NCBI GenBank assembly: GCA_013180585.1
Contig: QBUM01000249.1
Span: 1-44,365, forward strand
Reading direction: 5' to 3'
DNA from: Candidatus Methanophagaceae archaeon GoMg2
Lineage (GTDB): Archaea > Halobacteriota > Syntropharchaeia > Alkanophagales > Methanospirareceae
Length of the DNA stretch: 44,365 nucleotides
The notes under the pieces are model-generated. The model worked only from the letters and a program-made list of their open reading frames with translations. It was not told the origin of the DNA and made no database searches. A program made the position numbers and the translations under genes. Numbering within the stretch: the first letter of the stretch is position 1; each line of letters starts with the position of its first letter. Shown here in pieces: positions 1 through 9,146 of the stretch.

Positions 1-9
1 GAAGAAATA

Positions 10-489
10 ATGGCAATGAGTGAAGCTGAAAAATTAAAAACCGCTATTATATATTTGTTTCAGTGCGCTTACCATGAAATGGGACATGTTGTGGCTTTAA
101 GACTGACAGATGAATTATTGGAGTTCTGGGGAGACTTGGTTGATGAAGAAATCCTTCAAATATTAGAAACAGAATCACAGGAAGCCGAACCAATAGGCAT
201 TTTCCTACTAAAGGATATGATAAATGCAAGGGGCGGTGCAATCACCGCAGAAAAAGAAGGGCGTATTGATAAGATGAAAATGACAAAGGAAGAAGTCGCC
301 AGAGTTAAATTTCTTGTTGAAATCTTTTCTACTAAATGGAATTTATTTGTTCATGAGAAACGTGGAATAAATAATAGTTATTTTGCGCGCCGTGGCTTGA
401 AAGTGACTGCGGGACAGCGCGATTTCCTTGAGGAATATTTGCAGATGTTAATAAAGTATGGCGATGAGGCAGTGTCCTATAAACCGTGA
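10..489 (+). pseudogene. HExxH-motif hypothetical protein, 3' end cut by the IS1-family element (5' end may lie outside the window)
   Basis: HEMGH motif; the last 7 codons are supplied by the IS left inverted repeat starting at 468. Confidence 0.5.
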
Positions 490-522
490 CCTTTATGTGC
501 CTCTGACACTACAAGCTATTTT

Positions 523-927
523 ATGACCGGAGCAAATCCAAATGACCAGATATGTTTGAATCCAGACTGTCCGGACTACCGGAAGAAGAACACAGGACAA
601 ATCATTAAGAAGGGATTTAACGTCAAAGGCAACCAGATGTTCAAATGCAAGACCTGCAGTGTGAGATTTCCTGAAACCAAAGGTACGGTATTCTACAACA
701 GACACCTCAACGAAGAACAGATCATCATGATATGCAAGCTTCTTGTCGAAAAGAACGGCGTCAGAGCGATTGAACGCATAATGGAGATCCACAGAGACAC
801 GGTATCGGATGTTATCGAGGATCTCGCCAGACATGCAGGAGAAGTGACGGATTTACTGATAAAAAACGTGGGATTAACCCGGATAGAGGTGGATGAGATG
901 TGGCCCTTCGTAAAAAAAACAAAATAA
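523..927 (+). CDS. IS1-family transposase, N-terminal part (Zn ribbon + HTH)
   Basis: CLNPDC...CKTC zinc ribbon, GVRAIERIMEIHRDTV HTH, EVDEMWPFVKK followed by an A8 run at 912-919. Confidence 0.85.
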   Translation: MTGANPNDQICLNPDCPDYRKKNTGQIIKKGFNVKGNQMFKCKTCSVRFPETKGTVFYNRHLNEEQIIMICKLLVEKNGVRAIERIMEIHRDTVSDVIEDLARHAGEVTDLLIKNVGLTRIEVDEMWPFVKKTK

Positions 928-1546
928 AATTGAACAGGGAGATGTTGGATCAGATAAACATGACGACTGCTGGATCTACACAGCTATAAAATCTGACACA
1001 AAACTCTATTTAGCCCATTGTACGGGCAAAAGAGTGCAGGGAACTGCGAATAAACTGATGGCAACGATAAAAAACCGTGGTAATGTGCCTGACACCGATG
1101 ATAAGGCTACGTTCGTCAGCGATGGCAATGATCAGTACACTACAGCTATACTTGGGAACTTCGATCCGGACACAATCAACTACGGACAGCTTGTTAAGGA
1201 ACGGAAAGGAGGCAGAGTTGTTGGGAAGACGAGAACAATAATATTTGGTGATTTAGAGGCTGGAGATATTGAAACGGTGTATGTAGAACGATATAACCTT
1301 ACCTTGCGGCACGGAATCTCGAGATTCGTCCGGAAAAGTCTCTGTTTTTCGAAATGCAAGAATATGCTGGATGACCACCTTGACCTCTACCAGTGCTACA
1401 CCAATCTTATCAGACCCCATTCAACACTTGCGATTGAAACTCCCAAAGGGATCAGAAACATCGAGAGGACTCCGTGTATGGCGGAAGGGATTACCAACCA
1501 TCCCTGGACGTGGAGGGAATTTTTGATGTTTAAGGCTGGGTCATGA
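920..1546 (+). CDS. IS1-family transposase, DDE part (frameshifted relative to the first ORF)
   Basis: Frame is open from the A-run: QNKIE...CWIYTAI, FVSDG, VERYNLTLRH...RKSLCFSK, RTPCMAEGIT. Confidence 0.85.
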   Translation, partial: QNKIEQGDVGSDKHDDCWIYTAIKSDTKLYLAHCTGKRVQGTANKLMATIKNRGNVPDTDDKATFVSDGNDQYTTAILGNFDPDTINYGQLVKERKGGRVVGKTRTIIFGDLEAGDIETVYVERYNLTLRHGISRFVRKSLCFSKCKNMLDDHLDLYQCYTNLIRPHSTLAIETPKGIRNIERTPCMAEGITNHPWTWREFLMFKAGS

Positions 1547-1562
1547 AATTTAGGACACTACC

Positions 1563-2039
1563 TAAAATCGGTGATGTGATCAAACGTGCAAAGGCATGGA
1601 GACAGGAAGACCACATCAACGTATTGAACCCCCTCATTACTGGCTGGTCGAATTATCACCGATCGGCTGTAGCTAAAGAGATATTCAGCAAATTAGATCA
1701 TATTGTCTGGGGTATGCTCTGGAGGTGGGCTAAGAGAAGACATCAGGATAAAAAATCCAGAACGTGGGTTGCTAATAGATATTGGCACTCCGCGGGAACT
1801 CGGAACTGGGTGTTTTCTACCGGCGAGTATAGATTGATACTATTCTCGGATACGAAGATTGTCCGGTGTGCTGGCCTGAAGTTGGATAAGAATCCTTATA
1901 TTGATCAAGACTACTTTAGCTTACGGAAATGCTGCCCGATACTGAAAGGGTTATGAGATGCTTGAGCGGTATGAGGTGAAAGTCTCACGTACCGTTCTGA
2001 GATGAGGAGGAGCGGGCAACCGCTTCCTTCTTAATCGGC
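1563..2039 (+). mobile_element. 3' remnant of a group II intron (maturase X domain + RNA domains V and VI)
   Basis: LNPLITGWSNYH...LWRWAKRRH maturase motifs ending at 1956; no endonuclease domain; RT domain removed at the IS junction. Confidence 0.9.
1964..2039 (+). ncRNA. Group II intron catalytic domain V and domain VI
   Basis: gAGCggtatgaggtGAAAgtctcacgtaccgttc (AGC triad, GNRA loop, AC bulge), then the DVI stem gatgaggaggagcgg-gcaa-ccgcttccttcttaatc with a bulged A. Confidence 0.9.
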
Positions 2040-2151
2040 GGTTAGCAAAACAAATACGAAGAATGTTATACTTTTTATGTACAACAATAAATGTCTACTA
2101 AATCTGTTGATGCTTGGTAGCAGGTAATGGAGCAATATAAAAGCTGAAAAA

Positions 2152-2706
2152 ATGTCAAAAAGAAATAAGCGAGTGTGTCCGGTTGAAAGAGCTAGTGGTC
2201 TTGATAACCTATTTAGAAAATGGATTCATAATCCAGACAAGATTCTGGGCGACTATATCAAAGAGGGGATGGTGGTTTTGGACGTTGGATGTGGACCCGG
2301 CTTTTTTTCGGTTGAAATAGCAAAAATGGTGGGTAAATCGGGCAAGGTGATTGCCGTAGATTTGCAAGAAGGAATGCTCGAGAAATTGAAGAACAAGATT
2401 CAGGGATCAGAAATCGAAAAACGAATTGAATTACATAAATGTGAAACAGATAAAATAGGTATTTCAACAAATCTGGATTTTGTCCTGGCTTTTTACATGG
2501 TTCATGAAGTTCCGGACCTAGAAACGTTCCTGGAAGAAATACAATCTATACTGAAACCAGACGGAACTTTTTTTATCATCGAGCCGAGTTTTCATGTTTC
2601 AAAGCAGGCATTTGAAGAAACAATAGACAAAGCTGTTGCGATAGGTTTTAAACATATTAAAAGACCAAGAGTATTTTTGAGCCGAGCAGCAGTCTTGAGG
2701 AAATAG
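2152..2706 (+). CDS. Class I SAM-dependent methyltransferase
   Basis: VLDVGCGPG motif I, VIAVD, LKPDG. Confidence 0.9.
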   Translation: MSKRNKRVCPVERASGLDNLFRKWIHNPDKILGDYIKEGMVVLDVGCGPGFFSVEIAKMVGKSGKVIAVDLQEGMLEKLKNKIQGSEIEKRIELHKCETDKIGISTNLDFVLAFYMVHEVPDLETFLEEIQSILKPDGTFFIIEPSFHVSKQAFEETIDKAVAIGFKHIKRPRVFLSRAAVLRK

Positions 2707-2744
2707 ATTTTTTAACGTAAAACAGCCCTTTAGTTCTTAGTCTT

Positions 2745-2949
2745 TATTCCGCTGCACAAAGCTCCTTCTCTTCTCATCAAGCCATTACGTCCCCCAGATA
2801 TATTAAGAGTCAGTACCATAAAAACCGCTTTAAAACTCTTGTCTTTGTGATATAAACTTAGAGGGGTGCATTACGCGTTTATTACTGGGTTGCATATCAT
2901 CCATGGCTTTTTCCTTACGGTTTCTTAAAAAATATTGCTGCAACATCCC
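2745..2949 (-). mobile_element. Possible ISAzo13-like left-end remnant
   Basis: Minus-strand end gggatgttgcagc and a decayed WLDEKRR-x-LCAAE peptide resembling the ISAzo13 transposase N-terminus; recognised from memory only. Confidence 0.3.
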
Positions 2950-3008
2950 TATAAAGACGTACTTCATGCGTAAAAAAAATCCGTTGTAAGAACCGATAAT
3001 ACACCCGA

Positions 3009-4499
3009 TTAATCGTTACCCCTTTCAGTGCTAATCTCGCCGTAAACATCATAAATCACAATCACACTCACGAAAAGATACAATACGTTTACGTTACCCA
3101 ACGTGCCGAACATATTTGCAACTACAAGCAAAGCACCCAGAATGCCACAACCCAATATTGATATCTTCGGTGTGCTCCGATCCACCGCCCGCTTTATCGC
3201 TTTTAAACCACTGCGATGTCCGTAAATCGGAAGCCCTGAATCACGCACCATTGCGTTTATATCCCTCGTTTCCAGACCCGGCGTTAGTTTTAACCATATT
3301 AGCGCGATTAGCATTGCTCCCGCAGCCATTATTGAAGCGGTTACTGCTACTCTCACTGCAATTTGCCAGACCGCAATATCTGGATAAATACTATGCACAA
3401 GCGTAGGCACCCAGTCATTGGGACTGTAAACGGGATTGAGATAATATGCCAAACAACCTGTTATTGGATTGCCATATGCATCGTACGTCCCGAATGTGGT
3501 AATTCCTTTGGTCAAAAGCAACCTTCCAAAACCCTGTATGCTTGCTAATATAGCCCAACCCCCGGGGAAAAACACCAGCGGAGCAACAATAGCATACGAA
3601 AAGTGCATAAGCTTGATCGGAAATCTGACTAGGCCTCGGCTACTTCGCCGTTTCAAATAGCCCGGTATCTTTATCTCTATACGAGTACATGTCAGATAAA
3701 TAACGAGTAAAAAAAGAGCGACAGTCGTGATAAGCGCGATTACGTAATTTTGGAATAGAAAAACCAATCCGCCTTCTGATATTTTATATGGCTCTACTTG
3801 CTGCGCTATTTCTATCCATCTTGGTATTACACCGACCGCTAAGCCACTCGAATCAGGCATCCAATTAATAAACCCGGTAAATAACTGCTGCGTAACACCA
3901 GCCATGATAAAAATACCTATTCCCGAACCTACACCCCATTTCGTGACTACACCTTCCATATAATATATCAATATCCCGCCGAAGAATACCTGCAAAAAGA
4001 TTAAGAAAGAAATGAACTGCAGAGACACACCAAGCTGGTATGCTATTTCCAGATCGGGCATATAAAAGCCAACGGCATAGGAAATGCTGTTAAGAAACAC
4101 GAAACAAAGAACGATCATTTTATGCAAGTTCAGATAAAATGCCTGGTCCCTTGGGTTGCTCAAGTCGAGCTTCATTAACTTTGGGCCCGCTAAAATCTGT
4201 AAAATAAGCGAAGCACTTATGATTGGCATGATACCAACACCACTAAGCGAGAATCTTTCGCCTGCGAATAGTGCACGCCACTGACCGAAAAGGACCATTG
4301 ATTCGGGAGAAAGACCGAAGAGCGGGATATTGCCCATAGCAAAATAAAGTATAAGTATAGCGGCAGTAAACAGTAGCTTTGCCTTTAGTGGTACATACCG
4401 CCTGGGACGTTCTACCATCGGGATTTTTGTTAAAACGAACGTTAACGCATCCCTTACGCTTAGCCCGTTCAAACCCATCACAGTTTCGTTATCAATCAC
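3009..4499 (-). CDS. Divergent second preprotein translocase SecY/Sec61alpha paralogue
   Basis: Colinear with the adjacent SecY over its full length (PMVERP, PLFGLSPESM, FAGERFS, GIMPI, KWGVGSGI); overlaps the secY stop. Confidence 0.9.
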   Translation of the reverse strand: MIDNETVMGLNGLSVRDALTFVLTKIPMVERPRRYVPLKAKLLFTAAILILYFAMGNIPLFGLSPESMVLFGQWRALFAGERFSLSGVGIMPIISASLILQILAGPKLMKLDLSNPRDQAFYLNLHKMIVLCFVFLNSISYAVGFYMPDLEIAYQLGVSLQFISFLIFLQVFFGGILIYYMEGVVTKWGVGSGIGIFIMAGVTQQLFTGFINWMPDSSGLAVGVIPRWIEIAQQVEPYKISEGGLVFLFQNYVIALITTVALFLLVIYLTCTRIEIKIPGYLKRRSSRGLVRFPIKLMHFSYAIVAPLVFFPGGWAILASIQGFGRLLLTKGITTFGTYDAYGNPITGCLAYYLNPVYSPNDWVPTLVHSIYPDIAVWQIAVRVAVTASIMAAGAMLIALIWLKLTPGLETRDINAMVRDSGLPIYGHRSGLKAIKRAVDRSTPKISILGCGILGALLVVANMFGTLGNVNVLYLFVSVIVIYDVYGEISTERGND

Positions 4500-5970
4500 C
4501 GAAGAATCTACGCATTGCTGGATACATCTCCATCATCTGCTCAGATGCTACGTCCTCATATAGCCGGTATGCGATACTCACGGCCAGAAGCAAACCCGTT
4601 CCTGATGCTTGCCCCAATGTGCCGAACATATTTGAAAGCACGCATAGCACACCCAGGACAGCACCACCCATTAATGCTATTCGCGGAATGTAGCCCTCCA
4701 TCAGTCTCTCGATCGTTGCTTGTCCTCTCCGATGTCCCGGTATTTGCAGTCCTGAGTTATGTATCTGCGCTGCCACATCCTTGGGCCCCATACCAGTCGT
4801 ATTTATCCAGAATAGCGCGAATATCGCACCGCCTACGACCATAAAAATGAGATCAATACCGAGCCTCGTGGCAATTTGCCAGCCCGCAATGTTTGGATAA
4901 ACACTATGCACCATTGATGGGAACCAATCCCAGGGACCATAAATCGGGTCAAGATAATATACCAATCCTGATACTGCACTTCCATTTGCATCGTACGTCC
5001 CGAATATGGTAATTCCTTTGTTCCAAAGCAACCTTCCAAAACCCTGTATGCTCGCCTGTAATGCACGTACAAGAATCATTGGAAGTACACTTGCGTATAA
5101 CAACTTAATTGGAAACCTGCCACGAGCGCCTCGCGCCATCGAATGTGCTAAAGGTATCTCTAAACGAGTACTCTCAAGGTACACAACAACGAAAAATACC
5201 ACAATGGTTGAGATAAGTGCTATTAGATGATGCTGGAAAAGAAAAGTCATTCCTCCTTCTAATATCTCATACGCTTCTACGTGCAATGCCGAGCCAGGCC
5301 ATAGCAACTCTATCCATCTTGGAATCACACCTACCGCCAATCCGCTCTGATCTGGCAGCCAGTTAATGAGTCCGATAATTATTTGTTGCGAGACACCTGC
5401 GAGGATGAACAACGAAATACCTGATCCTATACCCCATTTCGAGACCACTTCGTCCATGAAGTATATAAGCAATCCGCCAGCGAATACCTGTAAGAAAAGC
5501 ATGAGCGAGATGGCCTTCAGAGATACACCGAGCAGAGATGCTATTGCCGGATCCGGCTTATAAAAGCCTATGACATAAGTCAGGCTAATAAAAGCAGAGA
5601 AGACGATAACGAGTAACTTCTGCAAGCTCTGATAAAACGCCTGGTCTTTTGGATCGCTCAGGTTAAGTTGTATTATCCCCGCACCGACCAGAAGCTGTAA
5701 AACAATAGAAGCATCAACGATTGGCATAATACCGAGCGCAGTAAGCGAGAACCGCTCCCCTGCAAAGATGGCACGCCACTGACCGAAGAGGTCCATTGAT
5801 TCTGGCGATAGTCCGAAGAGAGGAACGTTTCCCAATGCAAAGAAGAGAACGAGTATGCCAACCGTCCATGCCAGCTTCGACTTGAAGTGGACGTGCCAGC
5901 CCGGCCGCTCCACCATAGGGAACTTACTTAAAACCTGTGTTAAAACCTCTCTCGAATTTATCGCTTCCAT
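4492..5970 (-). CDS. secY: Preprotein translocase subunit SecY
   Basis: LGIMPIV, DEVVSKWGIGSGISLFI, FPIKLLYAS, LQIPGHR, GTGLLLAV; lies downstream of rpl15. Confidence 0.97.
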   Translation of the reverse strand: MEAINSREVLTQVLSKFPMVERPGWHVHFKSKLAWTVGILVLFFALGNVPLFGLSPESMDLFGQWRAIFAGERFSLTALGIMPIVDASIVLQLLVGAGIIQLNLSDPKDQAFYQSLQKLLVIVFSAFISLTYVIGFYKPDPAIASLLGVSLKAISLMLFLQVFAGGLLIYFMDEVVSKWGIGSGISLFILAGVSQQIIIGLINWLPDQSGLAVGVIPRWIELLWPGSALHVEAYEILEGGMTFLFQHHLIALISTIVVFFVVVYLESTRLEIPLAHSMARGARGRFPIKLLYASVLPMILVRALQASIQGFGRLLWNKGITIFGTYDANGSAVSGLVYYLDPIYGPWDWFPSMVHSVYPNIAGWQIATRLGIDLIFMVVGGAIFALFWINTTGMGPKDVAAQIHNSGLQIPGHRRGQATIERLMEGYIPRIALMGGAVLGVLCVLSNMFGTLGQASGTGLLLAVSIAYRLYEDVASEQMMEMYPAMRRFFGD

Positions 5971-5980
5971 CTATGCTAAT

Positions 5981-6415
5981 TCACACTCCAGTCGCCAGTT
6001 CTACAGTGCCACCTGCACTTTCTATCTTATCCTTCGCTATTTGTGATATTTCATTCGCTTTGAGTATCCACTTCTTCTCCACTTGTCCCTTGCCCAGTAC
6101 CTTCTGTATACCGAGCGGGGTTAGATCAACAAAAAAGCCATCAGTTCTCTCTTCCGCTTTGCCCTTCGCTATCAGCCCTTCCAGCATATCCTCCAACTCG
6201 CCTACGTTTATCACTATTTTATCACCAGGCTGCTCGCGCGAGGTTGCACTCTTATTATGGCCCTTACTTATGCCTCGTTTTAGGGACCAAACGAAGTGGT
6301 GCCCGTACGCTCCGGCCTTACCCGAACCACCCTTGCTTCCTTTGCCCCTTCTCTTCTTAGCCGAGCCGCCACCGCAAGTCCTTGTCCCTCTTATCCTCTT
6401 CACCCTCTTCTTCAT
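5981..6415 (-). CDS. rpl15: 50S ribosomal protein uL15
   Basis: RGTRTCGGG..KKRRGKGSKGG.GKAG, KVLGKG, AKDKIESAGG; start reassigned to the ATG at 6415. Confidence 0.95.
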   Translation of the reverse strand: MKKRVKRIRGTRTCGGGSAKKRRGKGSKGGSGKAGAYGHHFVWSLKRGISKGHNKSATSREQPGDKIVINVGELEDMLEGLIAKGKAEERTDGFFVDLTPLGIQKVLGKGQVEKKWILKANEISQIAKDKIESAGGTVELATGV

Positions 6416-6525
6416 CTCTATTCCCCTTCTCTCCGCAACATAATACCCTAATAGATTATATACTTTACTTATACACAATAGTTAGTAACCATGTTTACTT
6501 GTTATAAAAGGGGGCGTGAAGAAAG

Positions 6526-7077
6526 ATGACAGAAGTAGATATAAAAGTAGAAAATGTAGTAGCGAATGCAAGAATTGCTGAAGAGTTAGACCTGCAATAT
6601 ATTGAATCACGGTTAGAAGCGGCGGTGTTCACGAAGAAGAAGTTTCCTGGATTGGTGTATAGGACGAAAGATCCGAAGTCCGCTTTCCTTATCTTTCGTT
6701 CCGGGAAAGTAGTGTGTACGGGGTCAAAGACTAAAGAAGGTGTGCGAATCGTAATGGACAAGCTTTCCACTGACCTTAGGGGTTTAGGGATAGAAGTGGC
6801 GGAGCATCCGGAATTTAAAGTGCAGAATATCGTTGCTTCTGCCAGTATAGGAAAAGAACTCAACCTTGGGGCTATCGTAGTGGGATTGGAACTTGAGGGC
6901 ATGGAGTACGAACCGGAGGTATTCCCAGGCTTAGTGTACCGAATAAAGGATCCAAAGAGCGCTATACTGATATTCAGCTCAGGGCGACTGGTCATAACCG
7001 GGGGAAAGACGGTAGAGGATTGTAAAAAATCCGTGCATATCTTGAAGGAAAAATTAAAGAGCTTAGAGCTAATTTGA
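6526..7077 (+). CDS. tbp: TATA-box-binding protein
   Basis: Two TBP repeats (ENVVA/QNIVA, FPGLVYR, LIF.SG..V.TG). Confidence 0.98.
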   Translation: MTEVDIKVENVVANARIAEELDLQYIESRLEAAVFTKKKFPGLVYRTKDPKSAFLIFRSGKVVCTGSKTKEGVRIVMDKLSTDLRGLGIEVAEHPEFKVQNIVASASIGKELNLGAIVVGLELEGMEYEPEVFPGLVYRIKDPKSAILIFSSGRLVITGGKTVEDCKKSVHILKEKLKSLELI

Positions 7078-7125
7078 AGAAGGAAGCGCCGGAATTGGAA
7101 CTCGATACCTGGTTTCTTACGAACC

Positions 7126-7569
7126 ATGTCAATGTTTGAGCCGAAGATAGTGGCTTTTTGCTGTAATTGGTGTTCTTACGCAGGTGCAGATCTCGCGGGC
7201 GTATCTCGCTATCATTATCCCCCTGCAGTACGAATATTAAGGGTAATGTGTTCGGGGAGAGTAGAACCAGTTTTCGTACTCGATGCGTTCAAACACGGTG
7301 CTGACGGTGTCATCGTCACGGGCTGTCATTTAGGCGAATGCCATTACATTTCAGGCAATCAAAATGCCGAGCGAAGGGTAGAAAATACGAAGAGGGCATT
7401 GGAATATCTGGGGCTTGGCGCGGAGAGGCTCCGGCTGGAATGGATATCTGCGTCGGAAGGGCAGCGGTTTGCAGAGGTGATGCGAGAATTTACAAAAGAA
7501 ATAAAGGCGTTAGGACCTTCGCCCTTTAGAAGGGAAAAGACAAGGAAAGGTGAAGAAAAGGGAGAGTAA
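7126..7569 (+). CDS. mvhD: MvhD-family [2Fe-2S] subunit
   Basis: FCCNWCSYAGADLAG, RVMCSGRV, GCHLGECHY, WISASEG. Confidence 0.95.
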   Translation: MSMFEPKIVAFCCNWCSYAGADLAGVSRYHYPPAVRILRVMCSGRVEPVFVLDAFKHGADGVIVTGCHLGECHYISGNQNAERRVENTKRALEYLGLGAERLRLEWISASEGQRFAEVMREFTKEIKALGPSPFRREKTRKGEEKGE

Positions 7570-7575
7570 AGCGGG

Positions 7576-8928
7576 ATGGGCGAAGAGGAAGTTACTGTGA
7601 ACCCGAATGCGCTGGTTATAGGTGCGGGCGTTGCAGGAATGCAAGCGGCAATGGATATAGCGGACATGGGATTCCATGTATTTTTAGTGGAGAAGGAGCC
7701 ATCAATTGGGGGTAGGATGGCGCGTTTTGAGAAGGTGTTTCCGACGAACGAATGCTCTATCTGCATCCTGGAGCCTAAGATGGAGCAAGTAGCGCGTAAT
7801 GAAAACATAGAGCTATTGTCGTATGCAGAAGTGGTGGAAGTGAAAGGATTAGTGGGTAATTTTGAAGCTACGATAGAGCACAAGCCCCGATACATAGATG
7901 TGGATAAATGTACCGGGTGTGCGCAATGTGTAGAGAATTGCCCTGTGGAAGTGCCATACGACTTCAACGAAGGTTTTGGCACTCGGAGGGCAGTGTACGT
8001 GCCGTTCCCGCAAGCTGTCCCGCTTCGTGCGGTAATAGACATAGAAAATTGTCTGAGAACAGAAGGTACGGAGTGCAAAGCCTGTATAGAAGCATGTGAA
8101 CGCGATGCTATAGATTTCTCACAGGAGAAACGATACAGTGAGGTAAAAGCGGGAGTGATAATAGTCGCGCCGGGGTTCGTGACCTACGACCCCGAACCGA
8201 GGAACGCTTATGGCTATGGGATATCAGACAATGTAATAACAGCGATGGAATTTGAGCGGCTTTTGAATGTTACGGGTCCGACGGAGGGGCACGTTATAAG
8301 ACCTTCTGATTGTAAGGAGCCCTTGCGGGTGGGCTTCATCAATTGCGTTGGCTCTCGCGACATAAAGACGAATGAGTATTGCTCTGGTGGTGTCTGCTGT
8401 ATGTTTAACATAAAGAATGCGATTCTATTGAAGGAGAAACGTCCGGAGATTTCGTGTTATATATTTTACATAGATATAAGAACGCCATTCCGAGGCTATG
8501 AGGAATTTTATAACCACGCAAGGGAGCTTGGCATCAGATTCATCAGGGGAAGACCTGCGGAGGCTATAGAGACGGAGGATGGAAATCTGGTGATAAGGGC
8601 AGAGGATACATTGAAAGGCGTGGTAAGGACGATAGAAGTGGATTTAGCTATTCTTGGTACTGGTATTGTACCCCATCCGGATATAGAGAAATTATCAAAG
8701 ATGCTGAAGATTCCAAGGGCTGCGGATGGACTGTTTATGGAATTGCATCCGAAATTGGGTCCCATAGATACGGAGTTGGACGGTGTCTTCGTAGCCGGCG
8801 GTGCATCAGGTCCGAAAGACATCCCGTTTGCTGTTGCGCAGGGTAGTGGTGCAGCGGCGAGAGCAGCGAGATTGCTCGTTAGAGGCAAGGTGAAAATAGA
8901 AGGGGTAACCGCGGTTTCTGATGAATGA
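7576..8928 (+). CDS. hdrA: Short HdrA-like FAD/FeS protein
   Basis: VIGAGVAG FAD site, KVFPTNECSIC, inserted ferredoxin CTGCAQCVENCP, CVGSRD, CCM, GPKDIP; lacks the N- and C-terminal FeS domains. Confidence 0.9.
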   Translation: MGEEEVTVNPNALVIGAGVAGMQAAMDIADMGFHVFLVEKEPSIGGRMARFEKVFPTNECSICILEPKMEQVARNENIELLSYAEVVEVKGLVGNFEATIEHKPRYIDVDKCTGCAQCVENCPVEVPYDFNEGFGTRRAVYVPFPQAVPLRAVIDIENCLRTEGTECKACIEACERDAIDFSQEKRYSEVKAGVIIVAPGFVTYDPEPRNAYGYGISDNVITAMEFERLLNVTGPTEGHVIRPSDCKEPLRVGFINCVGSRDIKTNEYCSGGVCCMFNIKNAILLKEKRPEISCYIFYIDIRTPFRGYEEFYNHARELGIRFIRGRPAEAIETEDGNLVIRAEDTLKGVVRTIEVDLAILGTGIVPHPDIEKLSKMLKIPRAADGLFMELHPKLGPIDTELDGVFVAGGASGPKDIPFAVAQGSGAAARAARLLVRGKVKIEGVTAVSDE

Positions 8929-9040
8929 TGGGGCAGCGGCATTTCAAAACTGCAATGGTAGAAGTACATGTAAAGAGCTTGTTTACGTTTTCAGACGATT
9001 GGACTTTTATAAATGTCTTTCCTTATATCATATATAAAAT

Positions 9041-9115
9041 AGCGGGGTAGGGTAGTTAGGATATCCCGTCGGGCTCATAACCCGGAGACCGGTGGTTCGA
9101 ATCCATCCCCCGCTA
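9041..9115 (+). tRNA. tRNA-Met(CAT), initiator type
   Basis: A1-U72 pair, GGG/CCC anticodon stem, ctCATaa loop, ggttcgaatcc T arm. Confidence 0.95.
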
Positions 9116-9146
9116 TCGTTCGTTTTACGCTATCTCAAAAGGAAAG

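Larger units (their letters stand above)
468..1562 (+). mobile_element. IS1-family insertion sequence (about 1.1 kb)
   Basis: Left IR ggcagtgtcctataaaccgtgacc (468-491) matches the reverse complement of 1539-1562 (ggtagtgtcctaaatttcatgacc) at 18/24; encloses InsA/InsB-like ORFs; no target duplication. Confidence 0.85.

Noticed and set aside
505-512. gacactac as a second IS1 right end
   Set aside because: Only an 8-bp match inside the element; the real left IR is at 468-491
1543-1562. ATG at 1543 as the maturase start
   Set aside because: It lies in the IS1 right IR; the ORF is a chance fusion
1563-2039. Retron or DGR interpretation of the RT-related remnant
   Set aside because: Maturase X domain plus DV/DVI identify a group II intron; no TR/VR pair seen
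8926-8961. Selenocysteine read-through of the hdrA TGA
   Set aside because: Only 10 codons follow before a TAG and the other cysteines are missing; no SECIS evident
6495-8969. Long antisense ORFs over tbp, mvhD and hdrA (similarly over pan and the ribosomal genes)
   Set aside because: Shadow frames of well-conserved genes with no independent motifs
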